Source: Tubulanus polymorphus | Lineage: Eukaryota; Animalia; Nemertea | NCBI RefSeq assembly: GCF_964204645.1 | Contig: NC_134032.1 | Coordinates: forward strand, 5,754,275 to 5,818,274 | Direction: 5' to 3' | Length of the DNA stretch: 64,000 nt | Shown here: piece after piece, positions 1 to 13,506 of the stretch | Position numbering within the stretch: the first letter of the stretch is position 1 | Layout of the letters: every line of letters begins with the position of its first letter | Program-made: the position numbers and the translations under genes | Notes under the pieces: generated by a model | What the model saw: the letters and a program-made list of their open reading frames with translations, nothing else | Databases searched by the model: none | Told to the model about the DNA's origin: nothing

Positions 1-618
1 GATTCCAGGAGATCCAAATTTTTGTCATTAATGTCTTTTTTGATGTCAGCAAAATATTAGTTTTTATAAACATCTTTTAGAAAAATCCAGGGGCAGACTA
101 TTATCTTAATATAATCTTCAGGCAGTCAAGTGACATAAAAGAAAGATCAATAAGGAAAATTGCCCTATAAAAATTTGTTATATTTTCAAAAGGTATAGGA
201 AAATTGTGACTTATACTGCCAGGGTTCAGATTTTAGCCCGGAATTTTTCTGTAAATGAGGTAAAATGGCTGTATTTCATGTCAAGATTTGGGGTTGATAG
301 CCCGATTGAAAAACCTTAGCAGGAGCAGGCTTAATCATCTTCTTATTCCAGGTATTCTTAATTCTTTTTTTAAACCCCCTGTTTAATCACAGGGTGTGGT
401 CTGATCTACTGTCCTTTTCACTTGTGTGTTATTTCGATTTTGTTTCACCTAAGACTCACCTTTTCTTAACCTTCAATTTTTGGTTTATCGGTATTTCTTT
501 ATTTCACGTGCGAATTGAAGGCTAGAAAAAGAAAATAGAGGGATGTTAGCGATCATTCAAAGAAAAACCAACAATTATGAAGACATCTAAGGGAGTCAAT
601 TCAAGAGTTGAATCGAAA

Positions 619-880
619 CATCACTACTCTCTTAGTTTTAAATGGCTCACAGAATCAAGTCGAAAAGTCACTACTCTCATAGTTTTGAAATTGGCTCAAT
701 TGGTTCATAGTTTTGAAAATGGCCCATAGAATTGAGTCTAAACCTCACTACTCCCTTAGTTTGAAAATGGCTCATAGAATCAAGTCGAAATGTCACTACT
801 CTCACTACTAATGTCACCACTAGTTTTGAAATTGGCTCAATTGGCTCGTAGAATCGAGTCAAAACATCATTACTCTCTTA
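619..880. repeat. Degenerate ~50-bp tandem repeat (gaatcaagtcgaaa..cactactctc..tagttttgaaa)
   Basis: About 5 imperfect copies of a TCACTACTCTC/TAGTTTTGAAATTGGCTCA unit. Confidence 0.7.
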
Positions 881-1009
881 GTCTGACTTCCTAATTCTGG
901 GCATTTTCTTCAATTGAATTACATACACTCACTCCAACTACAGAAATGTTGGCTAATGTTGGCTATCATGTTTTTTCTTTAATAATGGCGGTCTCTTTGT
1001 TGATTTCAG

Positions 1010-1084
1010 CAATGGAGACCACCACAATACGATGGCTATGAATAATCAACTACTGTACAGTAATAATATGGATGACAGTTATAT
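1010..1084 (+). CDS. NCOA: Probable internal (cassette) exon of NCOA/Taiman-like gene, NGDHHNTMAMNNQLLYSNNMDDSY
   Basis: ttgatttcag acceptor and GTGAGT donor; 75 nt, phase 2-2, open in the frame that joins the downstream exons. Confidence 0.55.
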
Positions 1085-2097
1085 GTGAGTGGTTAGATCC
1101 ACGTGCCTGCTGTCTATATCTGTCTGTCTATCACTGCTACTGTCAGTTACAGCTTATTTCATATACCATGCTGCCCTTTCCTAATCAATCCTTTACACAT
1201 TTCATATTGTCATCAATCAATCATCCTGTTGAAATCAAACTATCAAATACTTGTTCCCCAGTAACCACCCAACATGAGCCTTCAGATCTCTTCCTAAAAC
1301 TTGGTCTTTATACATATAGGCTAATGTTTTACATAGATAAGGAAAAAATTAACCGGTATTGAAAAATTGTCATGATACCAATTTGACAGTTCTAGGCACA
1401 GTTTGGACAGTCTTAGACGTAATTGGGACAGTACTAAACACAGTTTGGACTTTCCAAGACTCAATTGGGACGGTACTTAACAAAGGTTGTACAGTTCTAA
1501 ACACTATTTGGACAGTTCTAAACAAATTTGTCCCATTTTATTGTTGCCAACCATATTTTCCATATTATTCATTCGCCTTAAACTTTCTCCCTCTCCTTTT
1601 ATTATTGTCCCTCAACTCAGATAATCATCCTGTGCAAGCTGCCTACTCCCTGACGCAAGTTTATGGAGGCAGCCATTTTTTTCTGACAGTATCCATATAA
1701 ACTACCGCGGAAAAATTTATTATTTAGGGCAGTTGCACCGTCAAGACATAAGTCCAAAAGTGGTCTTAAATCTAAAGACTGGTCTTAAGTTTTTGGATTG
1801 GTTATAGAACCAAAATGAGCTTAGAGTTGTCCTAAGTTGTCAGATCAGTTATAGAGCAAAAATGAGCTTAGACTGTTCTTAAGTTGATGACTTGTGCAAC
1901 TGACTCCTGAATCACAGTTGTAGCAAGGGATTCGGGTTGCCTCGGAAATCATTATCGCTGCTTGTCACTGAACAGTGTTAGTTTTTAATGAACGAATGCT
2001 GTCTTATCATTTCTCACAATCCTCCTCACTCCCCCTACCAGCAGAGTTTCATGCATCGCGCACTTTTCTCGTATTTCGTATAGATTTGATGTATGCT

Positions 2098-2737
2098 TTT
2101 TAGCTCACTGGGGACTTTAGTCCCAATGAGCTATTGCGTTCACTTTTCATCCATCATTCGTTAGTTCGTTCGCTAGTGTCTCTGTCTATCGACGATATCT
2201 AAGACGGTCTACTGGCAGCCATTGTTGTTCGCTGAAATCATTATTCATTAGGCTCTTCAAATTTTTAGCCCACTTTGGACTCAAGTCCCATCGGGCTATT
2301 GCGTTCACTTTCCGTCTGTCGTCCGTCCATTCATTCATTGATCCAGTTATTTTGGGATGTTCGATGGATGGATTGTCTTGTCTTATCTGCAATCAATTGC
2401 AAAGTTGTAAGTCATGACATGTTCTATGACTGTAGTGAGTTTCAAGGTCATTGTTGTTTGTATATGGTCACCAGGGGGGTTGAATAGCAGAATGACTCGT
2501 TATTACCTAATTTATTGGTTTATTTACCTAATTTTAGTGTATTATTTAAGGCATGTTTTGTTACCGCAATCGATTGCAAAATTTTAGCTCATGATTTGTT
2601 TTATGATTGGTGCGAGTTTCAAGGTCATTATTGGTTTCGGTATATATTCACTGGAGGTGTTGAATATTGAAATTTTCAGATTGTTGAACATTTCAAACCA
2701 CTTTCTAAGTGGACATGGTGTCCCTGGACCCCTAGTT
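2098..2737 (+). mobile_element. Non-autonomous Helentron/HINE-like repeat (truncated, duplicated head)
   Basis: Head TTTTTAGCCCACT.GGGACT..AGTCCCA hairpin, (GTCC)n-like tract, tail GGTGTCCCTGGACCCCTAGTT; same family at 17.3-20.2, 23.6-24.9, 26.3-26.9 and 40.3-41.0 kb. Confidence 0.65.
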
Positions 2738-3444
2738 GGAGTTTTTAATAGAAATTTTGAGGACTGGTCAATTACGTATCCCCCTAAGGCCCATCTTCAT
2801 AAGAACATTTCAGTCGATCAGTCACAACGTGACAGTCCATGCCATCTTTTGTGCCATCCTTTGTCAAATCATATTCTCAGAATGACACTGTACTAGTGTG
2901 CCCTCTTCATTAAGTGAAGATGGCACACCAGTAAAGTGTAAGAAGGTAGGCCTATGACATAAAAGATTTGTTCTACGTAAATTACCATAATACAGATTGT
3001 TAAGACCTTAATACTGATTTTTAAAACGTCATCTGGTTGGCTCGCGTCAGCGAGCCTATGTCAACGGTTGGGCCGATCGATAATCATTCCTATGCTCAAT
3101 ACACTACGCTCAAAGTCAAATTTCTAGACCTAGAATATCAGGTCAATTTTTGGGGGTCAACTTTTACAGGAGTAATACTTTTAAGATATAAGAATTTTTG
3201 AGTAACAGGGTCCAGAAAATAACAATGATTACCAATGTTGGGTGGGATATTACAAATCATTGAAAAGGGTGGCATATCATCCAATAAGTTGACAATTACG
3301 AAATATATTGTTGGTTAATCCACTCAATTCGCCCATTAGTAGTGAAATCACAGGCTACTGAAATTGCGTTTGAGTGTTGATGACTCATAAATTAGAGTCC
3401 CTTTCATTTAATTAAATGTATTGAAATCTGGAGAAATCTATGCA

Positions 3445-3965
3445 AATCCTCATCCATATTCATCCTTTCTCAGCAGGGATTTGAATGATAGCATCGTGAG
3501 ATGGGGACCCACTCATCCTCCCTCGGAAGGTATTCAAACTTGATTGCATCGCTAAACTCAGCCACGGCACGAACCCCTGCCACACTAGACTGGGTGCGCA
3601 GGCACATGCGCAGCTTTGCCGGGAGAAAACATGCAGCGCCAGTCAGATTGCTCATTGTACAATCACTGGTTTCATGGAAGAACTGTAAATGGGAAAACGC
3701 GGTCTAAAATAAAACAGAATTTCTGATTGGCTAATAATGACATCATCTAAGCTGCGATGTAGCGGTGCATTTGGTCTTAGTGTGACAGGGTATCGTACTG
3801 TGGCAATCTCGATGCCATCAGGTTCGAATCCCTGCCAGGGGAGGATGGGACCCATTCTAGTCCCTCAGCTGGGATATGATATTGAAGGATGTGGCGATGT
3901 CTTCAGGTTCGAATCCATACCGAGGAAGGAAGGTGGCAGAGTCGCGATGACATCATGTCCGAATC
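3445..3965. mobile_element. Foldback-like element with inverted, tandem subterminal motifs containing B-box-like GGTTCGAATCC
   Basis: Left arm CATCCTTTCTCAGCAGGGATTTGAA and CATCCTCCCTCGGAAGGTATTCAAAC; right arm GGTTCGAATCCCTGCCAGGGGAGGATG and GGTTCGAATCCATACCGAGGAAGG. Confidence 0.5.
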
Positions 3966-4089
3966 CAAATCATAATTATTTGTTGGTGATCCATGCATAC
4001 ATACCACCACTGGTTTAAGTTACTATGTATACATATTATTCAGAACTTCAGTTACCGTTTTTTCTCTTTTTTTGTCTTTTGGCTTACAG

Positions 4090-4212
4090 TAACAAAGGTG
4101 CCCAACACCTGCACCACCACCATCAGCACCACATGCCGCCCCACGGTGGCGGAGCCGGTCCCATTCCGGGCTCCACGCCACAGCAACCAATGCTGTACGC
4201 GGGGCACTATGT
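4090..4212 (+). CDS. NCOA: Internal exon of NCOA/Taiman-like gene, His/Pro/Gly-rich (NKGAQHLHHHHQHHMPPHGGGAGP...)
   Basis: Long polypyrimidine tract plus ttacag acceptor, GTGAGT donor; 123 nt, phase 2-2, GC-rich relative to the introns. Confidence 0.75.
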
Positions 4213-7016
4213 GTGAGTGTTTAGAACTTACATTTTTACATGTACTATCTCGTCTATACATCGTGTTTGGTTCTTCCCTCCATTCAACTCCTTTCCTCCA
4301 TCCCTAACCTCTTGCGTGTCATGCATGTTCATCTTAAATTCTTAGTGACAAAAATTATTTTGAATCTAATAACTGGAAAATCTTTCCTAGGGATCATTTG
4401 TAGCCTAATGTAAAAGCATGCGTATAAGGGACATGTGATGGGGGACTAAAATTTAGAACTCAATCAAAATAACAACAAATATTCAGCTTATTTAAGGTCA
4501 AAACTTTGCTACCGTTCTTTTATCATTAGCATCAAAATATAACTCAACCCTTTCAGTGCTGAACAATTCTTGACCTGATATGTTGGAGGTAATTATGTCA
4601 CCCAGGGTGACATTCTATTTTACTCAGCGTGCGCCGTGCACTTTCCCTGGTTAGTGCTCCACGCACTTCAAATCACGTGCGATTTTCTTTAAAAGCAAAA
4701 ATTAGGTTTCTCCCTCTTCTAATATGGTCACCACAGTGGACATCTTGAATTTCTTGTAAGCGCTCTACATCCATCAAATAATTTGCAATTTCTTTTAACT
4801 ACTTGGTTTGTGCAAGGGTATGCCGATGGATGAAACCTATTGAAAATTGGCCTTCTCTGTCAATATGGCCGCCATGGTGGACATTTAGATTTCTAGTTAG
4901 TGCTCTACACGTTTCAAATAATGTGCAATTTCTTTTAACTCTATCAGTGCCCATGTGTTATTTGAGAAAAACCCTCAGAGTGCCCATCATTGTTAACACA
5001 TCAAAATCAGTAGTAACTTTGGATTTCCATAGAGTGAAAACTGTAAGAGATTTTTGGTAATTGAAAAGTTTGTAGGGTATGACCCTTGACAAATTTTGGT
5101 GATATTCTTTCTTACTGAAAGTGACATCTTATGGAAATGAGCTTATTTGCATGAATTATAGTTGTTGACCTATTTGTTTGATAACCCCCCCCCCCTAAAT
5201 TTCAGGTATGAAAATGTACAAATTGGGTATCTAGCCTCAGCTAACATCTGACAATGGAATATTCTATGTCTACTCTCAGAAATATAAATCATATTGTAAT
5301 TATAATCAGAAAATGAGCTTATAACTAGATCACATGACCTCTGGATAGGTACCCGCTACTTTCAAATGCAGAAAACTCAAATATTTTGAATTGCAATACC
5401 ACAAAAATGCAGCATAAAAACAAACTAATGAGCACTGCCATTTAATCAAGCCATCTAGATAAAACTGCTATAGGAAATGGCGAAGAAAGTTGACTGGGCA
5501 CTGTAAGACCTGAAATAACCGACTGGGCACTGAAAGAGTTAAACTTGGTTTGTGTGAGATAACATTCATGGATGAAACCTATAGAAAATTAGCCTTCGCT
5601 ATCTTCCAATATGACCACCATGGCAACATCTTGAATTTCTTGTTAGCGCCCTATACACATCAAATGATAAGTGATTTTTATTTAACTCGGTATTGGTCCA
5701 TGGATAAAGCCTTTCAAAAATGAACTTTCTCGCACTTCCAATATGGTTGCCATGGCGGACACCTTGAATTTCTTGTTACAACTCTACACACGTTAAATGA
5801 TAAGTGATTGGCATAAGTTGGTATGTGTAATAGGGAAGGAACATGGATTAGACCTATTGATAATTAGCTTTCTTGTTCATCCAATATGGCCACCAAGGCA
5901 GACATATTGATTTTCTCGTTAACTTTCTCACCTTTCCAAGGAAAACTTAACTTTTAACATACCAGGGTTACATATGTTGTGTCATGCCACTCTACTTTTG
6001 GAAATTCTACCCCAGTGTCTTATTAATTGCCATACCTCTATATTGCATCTACACCTTGGTGCAGTGTATCGTAACTAACTAATATTTCACAATGTTTGAC
6101 AAGTGCTACCATTTTTCAAAAGAGATTATAACGTATTAATTATTTAATCGATGCACTGCACTGCGATGTATTAGTGAAGTGCCTGTCCTATTCGTACACC
6201 GCACTGTGGTGTAGCTGCTCTGAAAGGGTTAAGAAGGCACTGCCTCCCTCCCACCTTTCCCTCTTTCTTTCATCCTTAAACCCATGTTATGAGAATTTTC
6301 GTTTGTTTCTATTGATATTTTGTCGGCCTGTTAACCTCGACGCACCACATGATGAGGTTGATCATGGAGTGGTGTGGCAGGCTTTCAGTGAAATTTCTAT
6401 TCGAAGAGACACGCTTTTATTTGTGGTCTGAAGATAAAAGTGAAGAAAGCCAGGAATTTGTATTTAGATTAATATAATTAAATTTTTTCAGGGCAGAGTT
6501 TCATTGATATGGGGCAATTGATAATCCCCAGGTACATTTCTAAATTTCTCAGTTATTCCGTGATTTCTCATTTTCAGGGGTGAGACCGCTGAGAAAAATG
6601 GGTGGAGAAATGTAAAAACTCCCAAAGTTGAAATATCTGTGAAAAATATATAAATTAACAAAAAAATTTGGAATTTTACTCAATTTTGTTCGCTGAAAAT
6701 TTCTTAGTAGGGCTCCTTTTCATTTAGGCCTATTGTTTTAAAACTGAGTCCATCAATATCTGAAATATGAGGAGTTGAGGATTTACCGATATAGGTAACT
6801 TTGATACCCAGTCTATGAAACCAAGCCCTGGAGTTTTTTATTTTGAAACCAAATGAACTGAATAGCGTTTTAATCTTTTAACGAAGAGAAAGTTTTCGGT
6901 TTTTTTATTTTTCGAATGAAAGTCACTTGTTTGCGGTTTCTAAAATCTTTTAAGAAAACAAATTCTTCAATATGATATTTTTTCTGAATAAAAATTGACT
7001 TTTTTACGGTTTTCAG

Positions 7017-7261
7017 GAAACAGCAACAACAACAACAGCAGGTGACCAGTCAACAGCAACAAGTGCAACAGCAAGGGATGGTCATCAGCGGCAATGTAGC
7101 TGGTAACAGCGCGTCGCAGTACGTTAAACAGGAATTGCGTAATATATGTAACGCCCGATCTCAAGTTCAACAGCAACAACAACCAACGCCGGCTCAGCAG
7201 CAACAACAGGCAGATAGTTTACAAAATACCGATGAATTCCCAATGGAATTACTCTATCAAA
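7017..7261 (+). CDS. NCOA: NCOA/Taiman-like exon, poly-Q with SQYVKQELRNICNAR motif
   Basis: ttttcag acceptor, GTGAGT donor, phase 2-1; the motif resembles the S-x-YV-R/K-QELR motif recalled from invertebrate Taiman/SRC C-termini. Confidence 0.85.
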
Positions 7262-7716
7262 GTGAGTTTTAATGAATAATCATTATTGCAGTGAGTACAA
7301 GTGAGTGAATCTTAATTACACTGTCTTTTTTATGAGTTGATTTTGTTGATAATTGAGTTTTGAGTAGAAATGAGTAAAAATGTGAAACTTCATTAAAAAT
7401 GAGTAAAATGTCAGAGGCAACTAGAAATGTATAGGAAACAAAATACATGAGAGTAGAAATAATTAGAAAGTAGAAATTTGTAGAAACGAGAGTGAGCTTA
7501 GAGTAAAATTGAGTAAAAGTTGGTCATGGTAAGTTTAGTTTGCGGCGGAAAAGTATGAATACCCTGGTACTCATGATAGCACTGCGTCAATGTACGTTCC
7601 AAGGTACTCTTGATCGAACCGAGTCAATATGAGTACACCTATATTCGTGATACCGCTGATTCAATATGAGTACCCCTGTACTCGTGATAGTGCTGAGTCA
7701 GTAATTTCTTTAATAG

Positions 7717-7920
7717 TTGATGAATTTACGCGGGAACAACTAGGAACTGTGGGTAATACCATGCAGGCACAGACTGATGCGATGATGCAGCAACAGCAGG
7801 TACCCCAGCAAGTGATGAATGCATCAGTGTCGATACAACCGGAGATCGCTGTACAGCAGGCGAGACAGGAGGCTAAACGTAGATACGAACGATTCAGAGC
7901 GTTATCAATCGGATCTCAGT
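7717..7920 (+). CDS. NCOA: NCOA/Taiman-like exon (IDEFTREQLG...RYERFRALSIGSQ)
   Basis: taatag acceptor, GTAAGT donor, phase 1-1, frame continuous with its neighbours. Confidence 0.85.
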
Positions 7921-8439
7921 GTAAGTCCATCCCTTCCCTTCCCTCCCTAGTGCATCTCGTACATCTGTTTCCAAATGTCCCATATCGATGTCAGTCCCCA
8001 TTTTAACCTCCCTCTCTCCTTCCCTTTTGTATTCCATAGATTTGTGTCTTCAATTTAGATCTAAGTGTCAGTTGCCAATTCGTGCTCACTCCCTCTCACC
8101 ACCCATCTCCCTCACCACTCCCACTCCCTCCACAATTCCATTCCCTGCAACTCATTCTTTCCCCCATCCCTGCTTCCCATCTCTCCCTCTCCCTACCCCC
8201 CCCCCTTGTGTAACGTCAATTGTTTAAAAGTTGGCTTACAACTATCATCAAATATCTCTGTCTCGGCTTTTTGCAAATGGCCTCATATTCAAATCAAATA
8301 GATAGTTTTGAGAAATTTGGCCTAAACTTCGTCCCTCTTAGAGTCTTTGGGGTTAATGGGGTTTGCATGCCTGTATATTGATTACGATCAATTCATTATT
8401 TTATTCTTTTTACTCCAGCCACAAAATTGAAAAGAAATA

Positions 8440-9532
8440 CCGTATCGTGTAATAATTGACTTTGTGTAAAAGTCGAACTAGGATTCATAGATTTTCCACG
8501 TACCCCATATAAAAGTCAACTTTTTCAAGTTTTTGACGAACCGTAGGTTTGTTTGCCTATGCAAACGGTCCTGGTGAAGCAGTTTTCATAGAAAATGAAT
8601 AGAGTACCGGTGTGTCAACAAGGCACAAACAGTGTTGATTTCTGGTGTCATGGTTTGGCTTAATGAGTTCTGGAGCCCACAAAAATTTCATAGTGATCAA
8701 GTTATTCTTAGGGGACTTATTCTTGAAAAACATGTAAAAACCCTGCTTTTTAGCACTAAGTAATGGCACGTTTTTACAATTTGCATACTTGCAATTGAAA
8801 TATATAAAAGTTCAATTCCTCCTGGAAGTGTTGCCGTTTTTTGTTCGACTGATCTCAATGTACTTTATGATCTATAGGCCCTCACTTTATGAACCCCCTA
8901 AATTTTCTCCTGCCAGTCTGCTGATCAAACAATAGTTGAGAGATAATTTATGGAAAATATAAGCAGGATAAATCCTTAATAATGTAGAAACCAATATAAT
9001 TTTTTTGAAAAAATCTCAGGAATGAACCAAACTTGCAGTGACTGCCGCACTTGCGAGCGTTGGCCTACAGCCTACATAGCATGTTAGTATGCTTGTATGT
9101 ATGTGTATAGTGAGCGCAGCATCCAATGTATGCAGTAGCAGTAAGGCCTATGTGAGTGCAACCAGTGACCACGTACTGTGAGAAAAAAGAGGTGATTGAA
9201 TCAACGAAGCTTTTGACAAATTATTTTCGTAAATGAACTATTGAGAAAAAAATTAGTATTCAATGTCTGAATGAGTAAATTACTCTACTGTCACACCCCT
9301 AGCCTGCCATGATCAATTACACTGCGCACCGGGCCGGACTGGTTGGATCATATGCCATCCTTTTCAATTGTATTACAATTTCCCGCCCGACATTGACAAT
9401 CATTGTTATTTTCTGGAACCTGTTACTCAAAAATTTTGAATGCCTTTAAGTATTACTGTAAAAGTCAACCCCCAAAAATTGATCTGATTTTTAGGTATAG
9501 AAATTCGACTTTTACAGAAGAATATAATACGG
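8440..9532. mobile_element. Tc1/mariner-pogo-type MITE
   Basis: TA|CCGTA...TACGG|TA termini with subterminal inverted TGTAAAAGTCGA / TCGACTTTTACA. Confidence 0.7.
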
Positions 9533-9584
9533 TATGTATGGTGAGTATCTGGTGCATAAATTCAAGATTTTGTTTCAATTGCAG

Positions 9585-9787
9585 CTGAGGTCATTGAAGA
9601 ACCAAAAATAAAAGCGAGTAATTTGTTTCGCAATCAGCTGCTAACACAGCAGGGTCAGATGAAGCCTGATATGGGCGCAGCATGTACCAGTTCGACGGCC
9701 CCGGGGCAAATGACTGCCCTGAATCAATCGGGCAGTAAAACTAAAATTGACCCGTCTTCGATACAAGTAGTCCAAACGGAACCAAGG
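9585..9787 (+). CDS. NCOA: NCOA/Taiman-like exon (SEVIEEPKIKASNLFRNQLL...QTEPR)
   Basis: ttgcag acceptor, GTAAGT donor, phase 1-0, open frame. Confidence 0.85.
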
Positions 9788-9992
9788 GTAAGTATTGAAA
9801 ATATTTATTATATAACCAGGGGGCGGACCCTGACATGCTCGTGTTGCAATTTTCCTGTGAAAAACAGTGGCAATCTTTCCTGGTGGATCCTCACTTACAT
9901 ACGTATAATCGTCTATTCTGTAGTTAGCTTCCTACTGCACAGTAGCAACTCTTGGTGGTTCCCTAATTTGCCATAAGTGTAATCTTCTATTG

Positions 9993-10639
9993 CATACATG
10001 CCAACCTGTACGATTTGTCCGTATTCGTTAAGTTTTTTTTTTCCACATGAAAAAGATCGTCAGTACGGCAGTACACTCAATACTGTTAAAGTACATTTTC
10101 TCTTTAAATCAGCAAAATACGATTTTTTCACCAAAAAATCTCACAAAATTCTCACTATGATTTTGTATTCCTAAATTCAATAGTTTTTTAGTTTCATTGA
10201 TTATATTTTGATTGCATTTAACTAAATCGGCTGAGGTTTGAGAAATATTGCATTCAATTCAATTCAAAATTTACCATTGGTGACGTCCTGTTCGTAGTCC
10301 CTATTTGAACATGTCTGGTCCATTAGTTCGATGCAGCTTTGATGGCGCTTTTTAAGATTGTGAAAGTGAAATTTTGGTGAAGTTAAGTTTTAATATGTCT
10401 AGAAGGAGCAAGGGCGGGCATTCGGATATGCCAGTACCACTAAAGAACTGCGTGTTTAGAGTCATAAAGACGATCTAATGAACTGAGTACTGATGATTCT
10501 TAAGGTAAAAATTAGAAAATACTGATTGAGATATGAAAATGGTGCTAAAGAAAATGTTATTAAACATGGGTACAAAATACTGAAAAAAAACTTTTAACCA
10601 AAAATTCTGAAAGTGGTAATCCCTATGTTGGCATGTATG
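9993..10639. mobile_element. Non-autonomous TIR DNA transposon with 6-bp TSD
   Basis: TIR CATACATGCCAAC...GTTGGCATGTATG flanked by direct repeat CTATTG (9987-9992, 10640-10645). Confidence 0.8.
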
Positions 10640-10782
10640 CTATTGTGGCAGTAGTTCAAGTTCTAGTTTAAGTCCAACTGCACAGTAGCGACACCTGATG
10701 GATCCTAACTTGCCACGAGTAAAATCCTCTATGGGCAGCTGAATGTCCTCATCACTTCTACAAATTTTTCTGTTATTTTCAG

Positions 10783-10851
10783 ACGCCTGTTGAAGACATG
10801 CAACCTCCGGACACAAGTAATAGTTTACTACAGCAGTTACTGTCAGAGTGA
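10783..10851 (+). CDS. NCOA: Terminal coding exon of p160 nuclear receptor coactivator (TPVEDMQPPDTSNSLLQQLLSE*)
   Basis: ttttcag acceptor, phase 0; the C-terminal LxxLL motif SLLQQLLSE closely matches the SLLQQLLTE end of vertebrate SRC-1a/NCOA1. Confidence 0.8.
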   Translation, partial: TPVEDMQPPDTSNSLLQQLLSE

Positions 10852-12922
10852 ACGCACAATAGAATGAATGATTCCTTGATCTCTAAAAACTGACCACACA
10901 GGCGCACGGGCACTCGTTGTATAAATATATTCAATTGAATTGTATCGTTTTTGGTGCTGAATTTGTGAATAATATATCAATAATCAATTATGATAACGAT
11001 GTCATATATCATATGTACACGTATAATATACTTATGTTACAAACTTAAGGTGGTAAATTTTGTAGCAAAAAAACTGGTACCAGTATATAGTTGAAGATTC
11101 TAGGCTAGATGTTCAGGAAGACTATGAGTCGCATGGAGTCTGGACATCGGGAAGTGAAAGTTCAATTTTTTACATATTCGCACAAATTCATTTAATAGTT
11201 TTGGTGTCTGGATAGCAAGGAAGGTGCACAGGCCTTGATAGTCACCAGATAGTGAGGAGCGTGCTAGGCGTGTTAGGCGCCTCCCTGTTAGACTTCATCG
11301 GGCATTTTTCTTCCATAAGGAAAATCTGGTGTAAATTTTGTGTATATTGTTTTACATGAAAGTAAAAAAGAAATGCGTTAAGGGATACAGGCCAGTATAG
11401 ATGAGAGGTATAGAACAGACTTGATTGCTGTTTAGTTTGTGTCGTATAAATAGATATATTTTACTCGTGTAAAAAGTTTAAATTGATCATAATGATATTT
11501 TAAGGTTGTGTATATTTTGCGTATGAATATAGGTGGCGATACTGTGTGAGCGTGTGAATCCGGTGAAACCGTAAAATGTTGTCGCCTCTAATTGTAAAAT
11601 CCAGTCAAGCTCGCTTTGTCCAGATTTTGATCTAATCGACATATACATGATTATGAAACATGGCGTTTAATTGGTTTTTTCATAAACCGGTTTATGGATA
11701 ATCCCGATTAAGCCAATTTGACTGTTTCAATGCCATAAGAATTGTGTTTCTTTGAAAATATTAGGAATGAAATAATGGTAAGGCCGTTTGCATAAATCCC
11801 CCTATGATTATGTTATATTAGTCTTATGATTCAATGCAGGCGGCCATTCAAGATTTGATGGCATACATATTGTAAGAATCATGACTCTTGATTTCAGGAG
11901 AAATTATCTTTTTTTAAACTTTGTACAGTTGTAGTTCGTTAAATTTCGGCAGCTCACAGAATATCGAAACTCGAATTTCTTATTTAGGCCCACTTCCCGG
12001 CGAATATGACAAGAATTCAGGAAATACCTCATCTGCTGAGGTATAAAAAAGTCGCCCCACTCGTATGCTATAAGCAATGATTGTTAAATACCTTCTCAAA
12101 CCTGATTTATACATTTAAATGTAAATAGAAATTTGTATATAAGAATAATGTCTCTAAAAGGGTTTGTGACTTGAGGTGCCCCCCTTGGTTGTCTTATTTA
12201 GCCATGGTTCTTCGTCGTTACAATTGCTTTGATTACGCAAGCGTAACACGCTTCAGGGAACATCTCCTTTATCCCGCTATCACATATTCGAAATGAATTT
12301 TACTGAATGAATTTTCCTAGGTATGTATACCCAATCAGTGCTGTCTAATCAATAGCCATAAAATGCTGGAGGTGATTTGGAAATTTTAAGATATTTCACC
12401 CTTGTAAATTTTATATTGGGTATACCGCTATTGTGCCTCCACCCTGCTGTGCGGCGTATAGTTAGTTACTAGTATTTCTCAATGTTACACTGGTGCTGCC
12501 ATTTTTCAATAGAGATAATCACTAATTACAGCAATACACAATGTAGTGTACGAGCATGATTCATCACTGATTTATACACTGAACTGCGTTGTAGACGCAC
12601 TGAAAGGGTTAATACATGTTATGTTAGTAGAATTTCATGGGGGAATTTGTAGGGGCAACCCTGGATTGATGAAACTGATGAACCAGTCAGCATGGATGAT
12701 GCAATTGTTGCAGGGTTCGTACTAGTCATGAAAAAGTTCCAAAAATTAGTAATATTTTCTCAAGGCTTAGAAAAGTTATGATATTTTAAGTTTTGTGTCA
12801 AAAGCTATCGAAATTTTCGATATGTGGTCTGTTTAGTTTCATTTCATGGTTTTCGTACCCTTGGCCCTGAAAAAAGTATTGAAATTCAAAGACTTTAAAT
12901 GCAGACCTGACTACGACTACTA

Positions 12923-13506
12923 CAGTTGACTCCGCTCAACTCGAATTCATTGGGACCAGTAAAAAAATCATTGAGATTTAAGCGGATTTCGAGTTGGGGT
13001 TTTGACCAAATTGGTTAAAAATCATTTAAAAATTGATCCTCAATCGAACATTAGATCCTACATGGCTTGTTTGACTAAAAGATGCAAAATATAAGTAAAT
13101 TTACTTGGTGCAAAGAAAAATGAATGATCATGAACTGCCGCTCGCCGTAGAACCGTAGTGAACGGGCAACGGGCGGTTAATTTTAGGATCGCTGACCAAG
13201 CTGGAGATTGTGTATGTACAAATGACTGAATGTCTCCATTAGCGATGTATTGTCTACTACCGGTAGCCTACGATTCAAAGCAGTAAACACATGCATGTTT
13301 TAACCAAAACTTGTTATTGCTGCCGGGAGGTCGTTAAGATATTCGAGTTGAGAGGAGTTTGAATGTAATTTTGGTCAAAAATAATTGAACGAATATTCGA
13401 GTTGGGCAATTTCGAGTAGAATAATGTATGTTTTAACATAGCAGACAGAAAAAATTTTGTTGAACGAATTTTCGACTTAATGATTCGAGTTGAGAGGAGT
13501 CTACTG
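12923..13506. mobile_element. pogo/Tigger-like MITE in the presumptive NCOA 3' UTR region
   Basis: TA|CAGTTGACTCCGCTCAACTCGAAT ... ATTCGAGTTGAGAGGAGTCTACTG|TA. Confidence 0.8.
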
